Made by a program: the position numbers and the translations under genes. 64,000 bases of DNA. Origin: Nitrosopumilus sp. GTDB lineage: Archaea > Thermoproteota > Nitrososphaeria > Nitrososphaerales > Nitrosopumilaceae. The notes under the pieces were generated by a model. The model worked only from the letters and a program-made list of their open reading frames with translations. It had not been told where the DNA came from and searched no databases. This document shows, piece by piece, positions 29,806 to 39,152 of the stretch (the stretch's first letter is position 1; each line of letters opens with the position of its first letter). The DNA lies in contig OZ245003.1 in assembly GCA_965223425.1 (NCBI GenBank), positions 384,001 to 448,000 of the forward strand. The letters are read 5' to 3'.

Positions 29806-31066
29806 GAACGGAACTAGGATCTTCTGTTAGCTTTTCTAATGGGATAGTTCCTTCAGTTCCGTTAATCATATCTCGTAATAGCACGTTTCCGTCTTTTAGC
29901 TCATCAGGGCCTACAATGATTGCCAGTCTTGCATCTTTTGCACTTTCCATCTGTTTTTTTAGATTACGCCCTACAATGTCAACATCAGTTGGAATGTTTT
30001 CTAGACGTAGCATGGATGCAATTGATGTTGCAACTTTTTGCATCTCATCGTTAGTGTACAGTATTGCAATTCTATTTTGTGTGATTTTTGGACTTATTTT
30101 TTGCTCTTGCATTGTTAGTATGATTCTCTCAACACCGCCAGCTACTCCTGTAGCTCCAATGTCTTCTCTACCAAATGCTGCAGTTAGCGAATCGTATCGA
30201 CCTCCACCAGCAAGTGCTCCAAGTTTTGAATTCTTATCAAATACTTCAAAGACAGTTCCTGAATAGTAATCAAGCCCTCTGACGATTCCGAAATTAATTC
30301 TGACATTTGATACTCCTCTGTTCTCCAATGAATCAAAGAGTTGTTTCAGATCATTCCATGATTCTAGCTGAGATACATCAAATGCTTGTTCCACTTCAGA
30401 GATCGTTCCCTTGATTTGTGAGAACTCTAGAATCCTTTCTAGCTTGGATTGGTCGTATCTGTCTTTGAATTCAGACAGGATTTCATCTTTTGATTTTTTT
30501 GCAATCTTGTCTATTGCTCGCAGAATGTCTGCTACTAGCTGTGGCTCTTTTGAACCAAATATTTTGTTGATATGGGACTCTACAAGACTTCTGTGATTAA
30601 TGTCAATTGTGATATCCTTGAGTAACAGCGAATCAAACAGTCTGGATGTCAGTTCTATGATTTCAGCTTCTGATTCCAGTCCCGGTCTTCCGTAAATCTC
30701 GATGTCCCACTGGTGAAAGTATCGGTATCTTCCCTTTTGGGGCTCGTCATATCTGAATACTCCGCCAAAGCTTGAGATTTTGGCTGGAAGCTTCATTGAT
30801 TTTTGGGCAGCTGCAAATCTTGTTAATCCGACTGTAAAGTCAAATCGCAGTGCTACTTCGCGTTCTCCCTTGTCTTTGAAATAGTAGATTTCGTCTTTGA
30901 TTGCAGGGCCAGACTTTGTCTCAAGTACTGAGAGTAGCTCAATTGGGGATGGATCCATAAATGAGAATCCGTACAGTCCTGAGAGTTGCTTGAAATGATG
31001 TCTGACATGCTCAATGTCTGCAGTCTCTGCTTCTTCAAAGTCTTTCATGCCTCGCGGTAATTCCAA
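29786..31066 (-). CDS. hisS: Histidine--tRNA ligase
   Basis: PRGMKD, LRFDFT, FRYDEPQKGRYRYFHQ, RGLDYY, GGGRYD. Confidence 0.97.
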   Translation of the reverse strand: MELPRGMKDFEEAETADIEHVRHHFKQLSGLYGFSFMDPSPIELLSVLETKSGPAIKDEIYYFKDKGEREVALRFDFTVGLTRFAAAQKSMKLPAKISSFGGVFRYDEPQKGRYRYFHQWDIEIYGRPGLESEAEIIELTSRLFDSLLLKDITIDINHRSLVESHINKIFGSKEPQLVADILRAIDKIAKKSKDEILSEFKDRYDQSKLERILEFSQIKGTISEVEQAFDVSQLESWNDLKQLFDSLENRGVSNVRINFGIVRGLDYYSGTVFEVFDKNSKLGALAGGGRYDSLTAAFGREDIGATGVAGGVERIILTMQEQKISPKITQNRIAILYTNDEMQKVATSIASMLRLENIPTDVDIVGRNLKKQMESAKDARLAIIVGPDELKDGNVLLRDMINGTEGTIPLEKLTEDPSSVLSLEKL

Positions 31067-31134
31067 GATGATTATCCCTTGAATGGTTATGATTTAGATT
31101 TTACTAAAATTGCAAGCTAGTATAAAAGAGCAAT

Positions 31135-32751
31135 ATGACAAAAGAAAACACAATGATGAAATCTATTGTAATTGTTTTTGCCGTTTTGAGTATTTTTGGA
31201 ATGAATCAAGCTTTTGCAGAATCTTATCCTGGTTTGGGAGTCAAAGTAGATACAGTAGCTGAGAATCTTTCAATTCCCTGGAGTATTGATTTTGCACCTG
31301 ATGGCAGAATATTCTTCTCTGAAAGGACAGGAACCCTAAATGTAATTGATGGTGGTGTACAAAAACAAATCATGACACTTGATGTTGGAAATGGAGAAGG
31401 TGGGATGCTTGGCATTGCATTGGATCCTAACTTTGAGACAAACCATTACATCTACATCTACTATACCTACAACGAACTGTTTGCAATTAAAAACAAGCTT
31501 GTACGATATATAGAATCAGGTAACACTTTAACTGAAGATAAAACTCTGCTAGATGATATTCCGGGAGCATCATACCATGATGGAGGCAGAATACAGTTTG
31601 GACCAGACGGCAAACTTTACATTACAACAGGCGATGCTGGAGAACCTAACTTTTCACAAAGCTTAGATTCTGTTGCAGGTAAGATTCTCAGAATTAATTC
31701 AGATGGAACAGTACCAAAAGATAATCCATGGAAGGACTCTCCAGTATATTCAATCGGGCATAGAAATCCGCAAGGAATCGATTGGGACGCGAATGGAAAC
31801 CTGGTTGCAACAGAACATGGGCCTTCTGGATGGCGTGGTTCTGCCCATGATGAGATTAATGTGATAATTCCAGGTACAAATTATGGCTGGCCTGATGTCA
31901 TTGGCGATGAAACAATGGAGGGACTACAAAATCCAATTTTGCATACAGGAGATGATACATGGGCACCATCAGGTGCAGAATTTTACGAAGGAAACAAAAT
32001 CCCGCAATGGACTGGAAAATATTTTGTTGCAGCATTGAGGGGAAGTCATCTGCACATGATTGACTTTGATTTGGAAAACAACAAGGTGGTATCTCATGAG
32101 AAACTATTCCAAGATGAGTTTGGAAGATTACGAGACGTGCAAACAGGACCAGATGGATTTTTGTACATTCTAACTAGTAATCAAGATGGGCGTGGCAGCC
32201 CTGCTAATAATGATGACAGAATTCTTCGCATCACATCACTTTATGAAACTGAGAACATGCCTGGATGGATGAGTGATGTTTTTGTCTGGTTTGGCAATGG
32301 AGAAATCTCTGAGCAAGAGATTATCCATCTTATTGAATATTTAACTGGACTAGGAGGAGGAGGAGGAGGAGTATCACAAGATTGTTCTGGAACTGCAGGA
32401 TGTATTACTGGAGTGGTAACTCAAATTATTGATGGAGATACCATCAAAGTTGATGGGAATTCAATTAGATTTGCATTAGCATCAGCTCCAGAACTAAATG
32501 AATCTGGAGGAGTAAATGCAAGAGAGTTTATCCAAACAATTTGTCCTGTTGGATCTAGTGTCCTAGTTGATGAGGATGATGGACAAAGACAAGGTAGCTA
32601 TGGCAGAATTTTGGGTGTGATTTACTGTAATGGAATGAATCTCAATGAAGAGTTACTTGATGCAAATCTGGGATATCTTTCTTCAGGGTTTTGTCAATCC
32701 AGCGAGTTTTCAGAAGAGAGTTGGGCACAAAAACATGGCTGTGAATCATAA
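31135..32751 (+). CDS. Secreted PQQ-dependent sugar dehydrogenase (GSDH) fused to a thermonuclease (SNase) domain
   Basis: Signal peptide; HDGGRIQFGPDGKLY, GHRNPQG, NYGWP, GRLRDV; then Gly linker and IDGDTI...IRF....APE...YGRILG. Confidence 0.85.
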   Translation: MTKENTMMKSIVIVFAVLSIFGMNQAFAESYPGLGVKVDTVAENLSIPWSIDFAPDGRIFFSERTGTLNVIDGGVQKQIMTLDVGNGEGGMLGIALDPNFETNHYIYIYYTYNELFAIKNKLVRYIESGNTLTEDKTLLDDIPGASYHDGGRIQFGPDGKLYITTGDAGEPNFSQSLDSVAGKILRINSDGTVPKDNPWKDSPVYSIGHRNPQGIDWDANGNLVATEHGPSGWRGSAHDEINVIIPGTNYGWPDVIGDETMEGLQNPILHTGDDTWAPSGAEFYEGNKIPQWTGKYFVAALRGSHLHMIDFDLENNKVVSHEKLFQDEFGRLRDVQTGPDGFLYILTSNQDGRGSPANNDDRILRITSLYETENMPGWMSDVFVWFGNGEISEQEIIHLIEYLTGLGGGGGGVSQDCSGTAGCITGVVTQIIDGDTIKVDGNSIRFALASAPELNESGGVNAREFIQTICPVGSSVLVDEDDGQRQGSYGRILGVIYCNGMNLNEELLDANLGYLSSGFCQSSEFSEESWAQKHGCES

Positions 32752-33022
32752 CTATGCAAAACTAGGCAATTTTTTTACAAAATTGTAATCTAGTATAAAA
32801 AAACCAATTCAAGGGTTCAGTGTAGAACAGTGAGAATCCTTTGCATATCTAATAACTTGAACATATGATTTATTGGATTTATGAATGCCACAAGTACAAA
32901 GAAAGAGGGGGGGGGGGAAGGGTGGGGAATAGGTAAGAGAAGAGACATATTCTAGAATTTGGGTTATATTAGTCTCAAATTACTGCAAAACTATATAAAT
33001 ATAAGCAGTATAATAATACTAA

Positions 33023-35128
33023 ATGGATATCACTTCTATAAAGCTATTAAATTCATTGGTAGAGGAACAAAAAGAAGCAAGTGATCTACTAGAGATATTA
33101 GGAATAAAAGAGAGGCGACTAGCATACATAATAAAAAATCTCACAGAGCTAGATTACATCGATAAAGAAAATACAATAATCAAACTAAAAGAAACACCAA
33201 AAGCGATACTATTCAGAGATGTTACTAAAATTATAGATGTTGAAAAGTTACTTCATGAATCAAATGAAATAATACTTTCAAGCATAGATGAAGGAATTAC
33301 CGTAGATGAATTAGTAAGAAAATCAGGATTATCAAAAGCTACCACATACAGATCAGTCTCAGATTTACAATCCATAGGTGCCATACTAAAAGATGAAGAC
33401 ATCATACGGATTGATGAATCAAAAGAACAATTAGTTTTATTTATGAAATTATTGAAAACTGAAAGAGAGGGAAAATATGAAGACGGGAATACGGAAATCA
33501 TCTATAATAACAATTCAACAATATTGAGAAAAACTCCAATTGGAAAAATTGCAAAGGGGGCAACTACTGGATTTACATTATTTTCAGATTATGGAATTGA
33601 ATATCGAACTATAAATGATTATTTTTGTGACCAAAAGGAAGATTTAGACATACAAGATATTTTGTTGCATGCAATTTATTCTGCAAATTATTCAAAAAAT
33701 AAAATGGAATTGTTAATGAGTATTGTTTTTTATGCAAAACATAAAGACAAAATGGATATTCTACAGCTAAGGAAAAAATCATCAGAGTTAGGAATATCAG
33801 AAATTTGGCTTGATATTGAAGCTTACATACGTAAAAAACAATTGAAAAATACAGAATTATTTTTACCATGGGATGAATTTCTATCTAAAGCGCAATTATA
33901 TGATATACCGATTGAAAAATATACATTACCAGAGCCAAGTAATTTATTATTCAGAGAAATTAGTGATGAGTTAGAAAAACCAATGACAATCTATCTGTTT
34001 GGTGGTGAAAACATGCGAATTAAATCATTGAAAGATAGTACAAAAGACTGTGATATCGTAGTAGAAACTAAAGATGATTTTGATAATTTAGCACAAACTC
34101 TTACTAGTATGAAATACGACAGAAGACTAAAAACAAAATATTCTGACGAGGACAGAAGAATAAAACCAAGTGATATTTTTGAGCATGAAAAGAAAAGTAG
34201 AGTTGATTTATTCACAGCAACAATAATGCAAGGTCTAACACTATCTTCTATAATGAAAGAAAAAGCAGATATCAGAGATTATGGAAAATTAAAAGTAGCA
34301 TTGCTAAGAAATGAGCACGTATTTCTGCTCAAAGCAGTAGCAAGTAGAGAAGGCGACATACAAGATATGGCAGCGCTGGTTACAGGTAACCCAAATACGC
34401 CTCATGAATTGCAACATGGATCTTTTGATTGGGACTTGGTATGGGCTGAAATTCTCAGACAAGAGCACATTAATCACACAAAAGATTTCACTACCGTTAT
34501 TTTTGATCAAATATCCTATCTTGCAGAACAGACAAGAATTGTTGCCCCATTTCTAGATAAACTCAGAAGAAATGTCATAGACAGAATGATCCAAAGAATG
34601 TTACGTGGCGGCGGTATGTCAATAAAAGAAATAATTGAATTATTGGATGGGGGGGATATTACTGAGCCAATGATTCGAAATAGAATTGATTCGTTAGAAA
34701 AAACTGAAATCATTGGCAAGTATTCGGCCGGAAGAATAACTTACGTAAAATTATTAAAAAATAACGAGTTTACTGACAAGGAATTGAAAATAAACATCCA
34801 TCGTTTTAAACTCTATATTGACTGGCGTTTCTATTTAAGACGAAAACAATCAGATCAAAAGATTCAGGAATTAGTAGATGAATTAGAAGAATTAGGATTT
34901 CAAACAATCGGAGAAATTGATGAAATACTTAGAAATTCTATTGAAACGTTAAAAGAATATGAAAAAGAACAATTTACAAAACATCATTTTGATGGAGTAG
35001 GTGCTACAAGAATTTGCATTGGTATGTGTTATCCAAAAATTGGTAAGAAACATTCATCAAAATTTTTTATTAGCAATTTTGAAAAATATTATGATATAGT
35101 AGACCTTATGCGTAATCGATCAAACTAA
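33023..35128 (+). CDS. Multi-wHTH protein fused to a DUF6036/AbiEii-like nucleotidyltransferase
   Basis: N-terminal HTH motifs (LSKATTYRSVSDL); central IYLFGG..M......TKDCDIVV, RVDLF, LLKAVASREGDIQD. Confidence 0.7.
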   Translation: MDITSIKLLNSLVEEQKEASDLLEILGIKERRLAYIIKNLTELDYIDKENTIIKLKETPKAILFRDVTKIIDVEKLLHESNEIILSSIDEGITVDELVRKSGLSKATTYRSVSDLQSIGAILKDEDIIRIDESKEQLVLFMKLLKTEREGKYEDGNTEIIYNNNSTILRKTPIGKIAKGATTGFTLFSDYGIEYRTINDYFCDQKEDLDIQDILLHAIYSANYSKNKMELLMSIVFYAKHKDKMDILQLRKKSSELGISEIWLDIEAYIRKKQLKNTELFLPWDEFLSKAQLYDIPIEKYTLPEPSNLLFREISDELEKPMTIYLFGGENMRIKSLKDSTKDCDIVVETKDDFDNLAQTLTSMKYDRRLKTKYSDEDRRIKPSDIFEHEKKSRVDLFTATIMQGLTLSSIMKEKADIRDYGKLKVALLRNEHVFLLKAVASREGDIQDMAALVTGNPNTPHELQHGSFDWDLVWAEILRQEHINHTKDFTTVIFDQISYLAEQTRIVAPFLDKLRRNVIDRMIQRMLRGGGMSIKEIIELLDGGDITEPMIRNRIDSLEKTEIIGKYSAGRITYVKLLKNNEFTDKELKINIHRFKLYIDWRFYLRRKQSDQKIQELVDELEELGFQTIGEIDEILRNSIETLKEYEKEQFTKHHFDGVGATRICIGMCYPKIGKKHSSKFFISNFEKYYDIVDLMRNRSN

Positions 35129-35200
35129 TATTGCTAGATGATTTTTACCTTAGTAAACCAATTTGATTTTGAATTCTTAGTCGATTACGCATAAGGTCTA
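35100..35200. mobile_element. 101-bp MITE-like element with perfect 20-bp inverted repeats
   Basis: TAGACCTTATGCGTAATCGA (35100-35119) and TCGATTACGCATAAGGTCTA (35181-35200); TA at both ends. Confidence 0.6.
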
Positions 35201-35261
35201 GTAAGAGGTAGGTTTGTTCCTACATATCCAACAAAGATGGTGAATTAGAAGCCAAACAATT

Positions 35262-35789
35262 CTAAATGCTAAGATTTAGTGCTTCACCAAAATAGTATCC
35301 GGCCAAAATTGTTCCAGCAGACCATATACATGAGCCTGCAAATGTAAAGAGTACAAATTTTGGAATTTTCATTTTGAGTAACCCAGCTGGAACTGAGATC
35401 ATCTCCCTCATTACTGGAATCATTCTTCCCAGAAACACTGCCTTGTCTCCATACTTTTCAAACCAAATCTCAACTCGTTCTAATTTTTGCCCTGATACCT
35501 TAACATATTTGAGATAACGCAGCAAAACAATTCTTCCAAGCTTTAATGCAATCAAGTAAATGAACGAAGTTCCAATTGTAGCACCGATTCCGCCAAGAAT
35601 AATCATTGGAATTACACCAACTATTGGAATTCCCTGTTGAGATGCCAAGAATCCTGCGGTTGGAAATATTGCCAGTGTGGGAATTGGGGGAACTATAGTC
35701 TCAATTAGGGCAGCTAAAAAGATTCCCTCATAGAGATGATTTCCTAAAAATTCTGTAACCCATATTAGAAATGAATCAAACGGTTCCAT
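35262..35789 (-). CDS. DedA-family membrane protein
   Basis: IETIVPPIP, WFEKYG...GRMIPVMREMISVPAG. Confidence 0.9.
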   Translation of the reverse strand: MEPFDSFLIWVTEFLGNHLYEGIFLAALIETIVPPIPTLAIFPTAGFLASQQGIPIVGVIPMIILGGIGATIGTSFIYLIALKLGRIVLLRYLKYVKVSGQKLERVEIWFEKYGDKAVFLGRMIPVMREMISVPAGLLKMKIPKFVLFTFAGSCIWSAGTILAGYYFGEALNLSI

Positions 35790-35920
35790 TTGTTTCTGGC
35801 ACCGAAATCCTACTAAATTACTTTGCGAGAAAAAACTCACACTGATTTGTCATATTTATGCCTAAAGATTGGGGTCTAAACTGGGAAACATCCTATATAC
35901 CAAAACCACATCATGCAATC

Positions 35921-36610
35921 ATGGGTAAATCTTTGCTAGTAATTATTGCAATAATAGTAGTTGGGATAGGCGTAGCATTTGCTGTATCACCATACTTTAC
36001 AGAAACAACTGTAGATGAGGCAATACCAACTGGTGCTATTATTGAGCAAAAAATGGAAGATAAAGATGCATTGATGATGAAAGATGATTCTACCATGATG
36101 GAAGAAACTATGATGGAAGAGGAATCCATGATGGAGGAGAAAGAAATGATGGAAGAGGAATCCATGATGGAAGAAACTATGATGGAAGAGGAATCCATGA
36201 TGGAGGAGGAATCCATGATGGAGGAGAAAGAAATGATGGAAGAGGAATCCATGATGGAGGAGAAAGAAATGATGGAAGAATCAGTTGTAATGTCTTATGC
36301 TGGAACATTCATCGGTGTTGGTGATGGAATTCATGATGCACAAGGAGATGCATACACAATACCACTAGAGGATGGCAGTACTGTATTAAGACTAGAGAAC
36401 TTTGAATCAACTAACGGTCCAGACTTGTTTGTTTATTTGTCAACAGATGACAAAGCATCCGAATTTGTCAATCTAGGAGATCTAAAAGCAAACAAAGGAA
36501 ATCAAAACTATGAAATTCCAGATGGTACTGATATTGACAAATACAGCAAAGTTCTGATTTGGTGTAAATCATTTGGTGTCTTGTTTGGCAGCGCAGAACT
36601 ATCTCCCTGA
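35921..36610 (+). CDS. Membrane-anchored DM13-domain protein with Met/Glu-rich linker
   Basis: TM helix; MMEEES-type repeats; LRLENF...NGPDLFVYLS...LK...GNQNY...IWC..F..LFG. Confidence 0.88.
   Translation: MGKSLLVIIAIIVVGIGVAFAVSPYFTETTVDEAIPTGAIIEQKMEDKDALMMKDDSTMMEETMMEEESMMEEKEMMEEESMMEETMMEEESMMEEESMMEEKEMMEEESMMEEKEMMEESVVMSYAGTFIGVGDGIHDAQGDAYTIPLEDGSTVLRLENFESTNGPDLFVYLSTDDKASEFVNLGDLKANKGNQNYEIPDGTDIDKYSKVLIWCKSFGVLFGSAELSP
36095..36280 (+). repeat. Coding tandem repeats ATGATGGA(A/G)GA... (MMEET / MMEEES / MMEEKE)
   Basis: About 11 units of 15 or 18 bp. Confidence 0.9.
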
Positions 36611-36670
36611 GAATTTTTAAAAAATTCTCAAAAGGAATTTTTTATATGTAATACCAATAGTGGGCAATCA

Positions 36671-37063
36671 GTGTTTGCAGCAACAATTGTTTTACCGGTT
36701 TTTTCATTTCCAGGTATAATTCCAAAGAACCTGTTTTCTTTTTCAGGTACAGACGATGGGAAATCTGCACCAGATCCTAGATTCAAAAACATACTTTGGT
36801 TCATCATTGCAGGCACAAAAGGAGGCATAAATCGGGCAAAAATACTCAATTTGATAAAAGATACTCCAATGAATGCAAACAAGATTGCTACAGTATTGGA
36901 ATTAGATCACAAGACTATAGTCCATCATGTAAAAATTCTTTCAAAAAATGAACTGATTGTAAAGGCAGAAAAAGACTATGGCGCTGAATACCAATTGGCC
37001 CAAATTATGAAGGATAACCAAAGCGTACTAGAGGAGATTATGGAAAAAATTGGAACAAAATAG
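36671..37063 (+). CDS. ArsR-like winged-helix regulator
   Basis: LWFIIAGTKGGINRAKIL...PMNANKIA..LELDHKTIVHHVKIL. Confidence 0.85.
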   Translation: MFAATIVLPVFSFPGIIPKNLFSFSGTDDGKSAPDPRFKNILWFIIAGTKGGINRAKILNLIKDTPMNANKIATVLELDHKTIVHHVKILSKNELIVKAEKDYGAEYQLAQIMKDNQSVLEEIMEKIGTK

Positions 37064-37090
37064 ATTAACTATTCAAGTGAGAGATGGTTC

Positions 37091-37393
37091 ATGGTAGACT
37101 TTATGCTAGCTGCAGTAGTAGCTGCATTTCTTAACATTGGATTACTTGGGATTACGATTGGAACCTATATTCAAAATATGAGGGTTATCAGATCATATTA
37201 TACTTCAGGTCTGGTTTTAGTTGCTACTCTGCTTATGATTCAAAACATTGTGATCATAATATTTTGGTCAACACTATACATGGATGACAAGGCCTTGATG
37301 ATGTCAGCTGATATGATATCACATTATTTGTTTGCAATTAATGTGATTCAGACAATCGGATTATCAATTCTTGTCTGGATTACTAGACGATAG
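37091..37393 (+). CDS. Three-TM membrane protein co-located with the wHTH regulator
   Basis: Hydrophobic 100 aa; similar to 63343-63627. Confidence 0.75.
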   Translation: MVDFMLAAVVAAFLNIGLLGITIGTYIQNMRVIRSYYTSGLVLVATLLMIQNIVIIIFWSTLYMDDKALMMSADMISHYLFAINVIQTIGLSILVWITRR

Positions 37394-37514
37394 CCCAAAA
37401 AGACTGGGGATAAAAGTGGAAAAACCATGCAGTAGTGGCCTCTAGTTTGGCTGCTTTTGAATCAACGCAACGCAACGAGGCATAGTGTTCTAATAATACT
37501 AAATCTTTTTAGAA

Positions 37515-37814
37515 CTATTTTTTTAATTCATAGTATTCAACTGTATGGGAAAACTGTCTATTGTAATCAACTTCTTCCCAAAACTTTTCCTCATCAATTT
37601 CTCTTCCTTCTGAAATCCAGACATTTAGAATTTTTTGCATAAACATCTGCGTGGTCTCATCAATTTGAGGTCTGATTCCCGTTTCTTTCTCAACCCTATC
37701 TCGCTCTTCTTTGAATTGTGTTAATAATCCCTTGAGATTTTTGCCATTAATCTGAGCGGCTTTTTTTGCTTTTGCAGCTTTCAGGTCTTTTCTGAAATTA
37801 GATAAAAATCCCAT
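37515..37814 (-). CDS. Hypothetical protein
   Basis: Charged 99-aa ORF from MGFLSNF. Confidence 0.7.
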   Translation of the reverse strand: MGFLSNFRKDLKAAKAKKAAQINGKNLKGLLTQFKEERDRVEKETGIRPQIDETTQMFMQKILNVWISEGREIDEEKFWEEVDYNRQFSHTVEYYELKK

Positions 37815-37878
37815 GTGTATTGTAAAATTTTTTAAAATAAAAAGCTCTGTTTTAAATAATTCAGAGAGAAAAAGAGGT

Positions 37879-38242
37879 GTGCCAAGGGTTTCATGGTTTG
37901 ACATACCAGCAGATGATCCTGACAGGGCCCAAAAATTCTACAAAGAAGTATTTGATTGGAATTTTGAGAAATGGGATGGGCCAATGGATTACTGGATGGC
38001 AAAAACTGGAACTGAAGAACCAGGAATTGATGGAGGACTATCAAAGAGAGTGCCCGGTCAGATGGGAATGACAAATACTATTACCGTTCCATCAGTTGAT
38101 GAACTCTCAAAGAAAATTATGGAAAAAGGCGGGCAGCTTATTGTTCCTAAAATGGCAATTCCCAAAATAGGATGGTTTGCACAAGGCACTGACTGAAGGA
38201 AATATCTTTGGAATTATAGAGATGAATGAAAAAGCAGGATAA
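37879..38242 (+). pseudogene. VOC/glyoxalase family gene with a frameshift near its 3' end
   Basis: VSWFDIPADDPDRAQKFY...GWFAQGTD*; expected EGNIFGIIE continues in another frame. Confidence 0.75.
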
Positions 38243-38284
38243 TACCACCTAAATTAATAATCAGAAAGATTCCAAAATCAACAA

Positions 38285-38701
38285 TTGAGTTACAAGTTTT
38301 TAGAACATGCAACTGATGCCATAATTGAGATTACAGCAAAAGATCTCAAAGAAGCGTTTGCAGTTGCATCTGATGCAGTAATCAATCTGACACTTGATCA
38401 AGACAAAGTAGAGGAAAAAGAGAAAAAAGAATTTTCAGCACAAGGAAAAGATCTAAGATATCTTCTGTTTAATTGGATTGAAGAGATTACTTTTGTTCTA
38501 ATTACTGAAGGATTTGCCATCAAGAGAATTGAATTTGGCATTGAGAAAAAAGAAGGCTATAAAATAGATGCAACAGCATACGGTGAGCCACTTGACTTTC
38601 ACAAGCATAATTTCAAAGTCGAAATCAAGGCACCTACATTTTATGAAATGGAGATTAATCAGGACAAGTGCGTTTGTATGAAATTTTTGCTTGATTTGTG
38701 A
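38285..38701 (+). CDS. Archease
   Basis: YKFLEHATD...EIKAPTFYEM...LDL. Confidence 0.92.
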   Translation: MSYKFLEHATDAIIEITAKDLKEAFAVASDAVINLTLDQDKVEEKEKKEFSAQGKDLRYLLFNWIEEITFVLITEGFAIKRIEFGIEKKEGYKIDATAYGEPLDFHKHNFKVEIKAPTFYEMEINQDKCVCMKFLLDL

Positions 38702-38759
38702 AAGATTTCTTAGTAAAATAATAGAAAAAATCATACCCGTTTTCTAAGACTTGGGAACA

Positions 38760-38925
38760 AAGATCATTTGTTGATCCAAACATAGATCCTCAACGTTACA
38801 TTGGCAGATACAACAAGAGGGTCATGTGGAGATGGTGTACCAAATTAGTTGGCAAAGATGTGAGACTGCGGTAAAAACAATAGTAAAAGAAAAACCTTGG
38901 TGGCAATTCTGGCAAGCTGTAAAAA
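38760..38925 (+). pseudogene. Remnant of a thaumarchaeal surface-protein gene
   Basis: Fragments SFVDPNIDPQRYIGRYN and CGDG...KEKPWWQFW with no intact ORF. Confidence 0.45.
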
Positions 38926-38955
38926 GTTAGGTTTTAATCACAATACTTTCTCACC

Positions 38956-39108
38956 ATGAACATGGGAAAACTAAGTAGAAATCTCAGAGTTTGCGGAGAA
39001 TGCGGCATTGTATATACATCTGTTAGCATGACACAATACATTGACCAATGTCCCATGTGTAAATCAAGAAGATTTGAATCAATTCCAATTAAAACAGAAG
39101 AGGACTAG
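38956..39108 (+). CDS. 50-aa zinc-ribbon microprotein (below the ORF-track cutoff)
   Basis: MNMGKLSRNLRVCGECG...QCPMCKSRRF; TATA-like TTTTAAT upstream. Confidence 0.7.
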   Translation: MNMGKLSRNLRVCGECGIVYTSVSMTQYIDQCPMCKSRRFESIPIKTEED

Positions 39109-39152
39109 TTTTTCAACATAGATTTTTTAGTAGAACAGAGTTTGCAAACATA

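Noticed and set aside
36095-36280. CRISPR or DGR-like repeats
   Set aside because: Low-complexity coding repeats with no spacers and no reverse transcriptase nearby.
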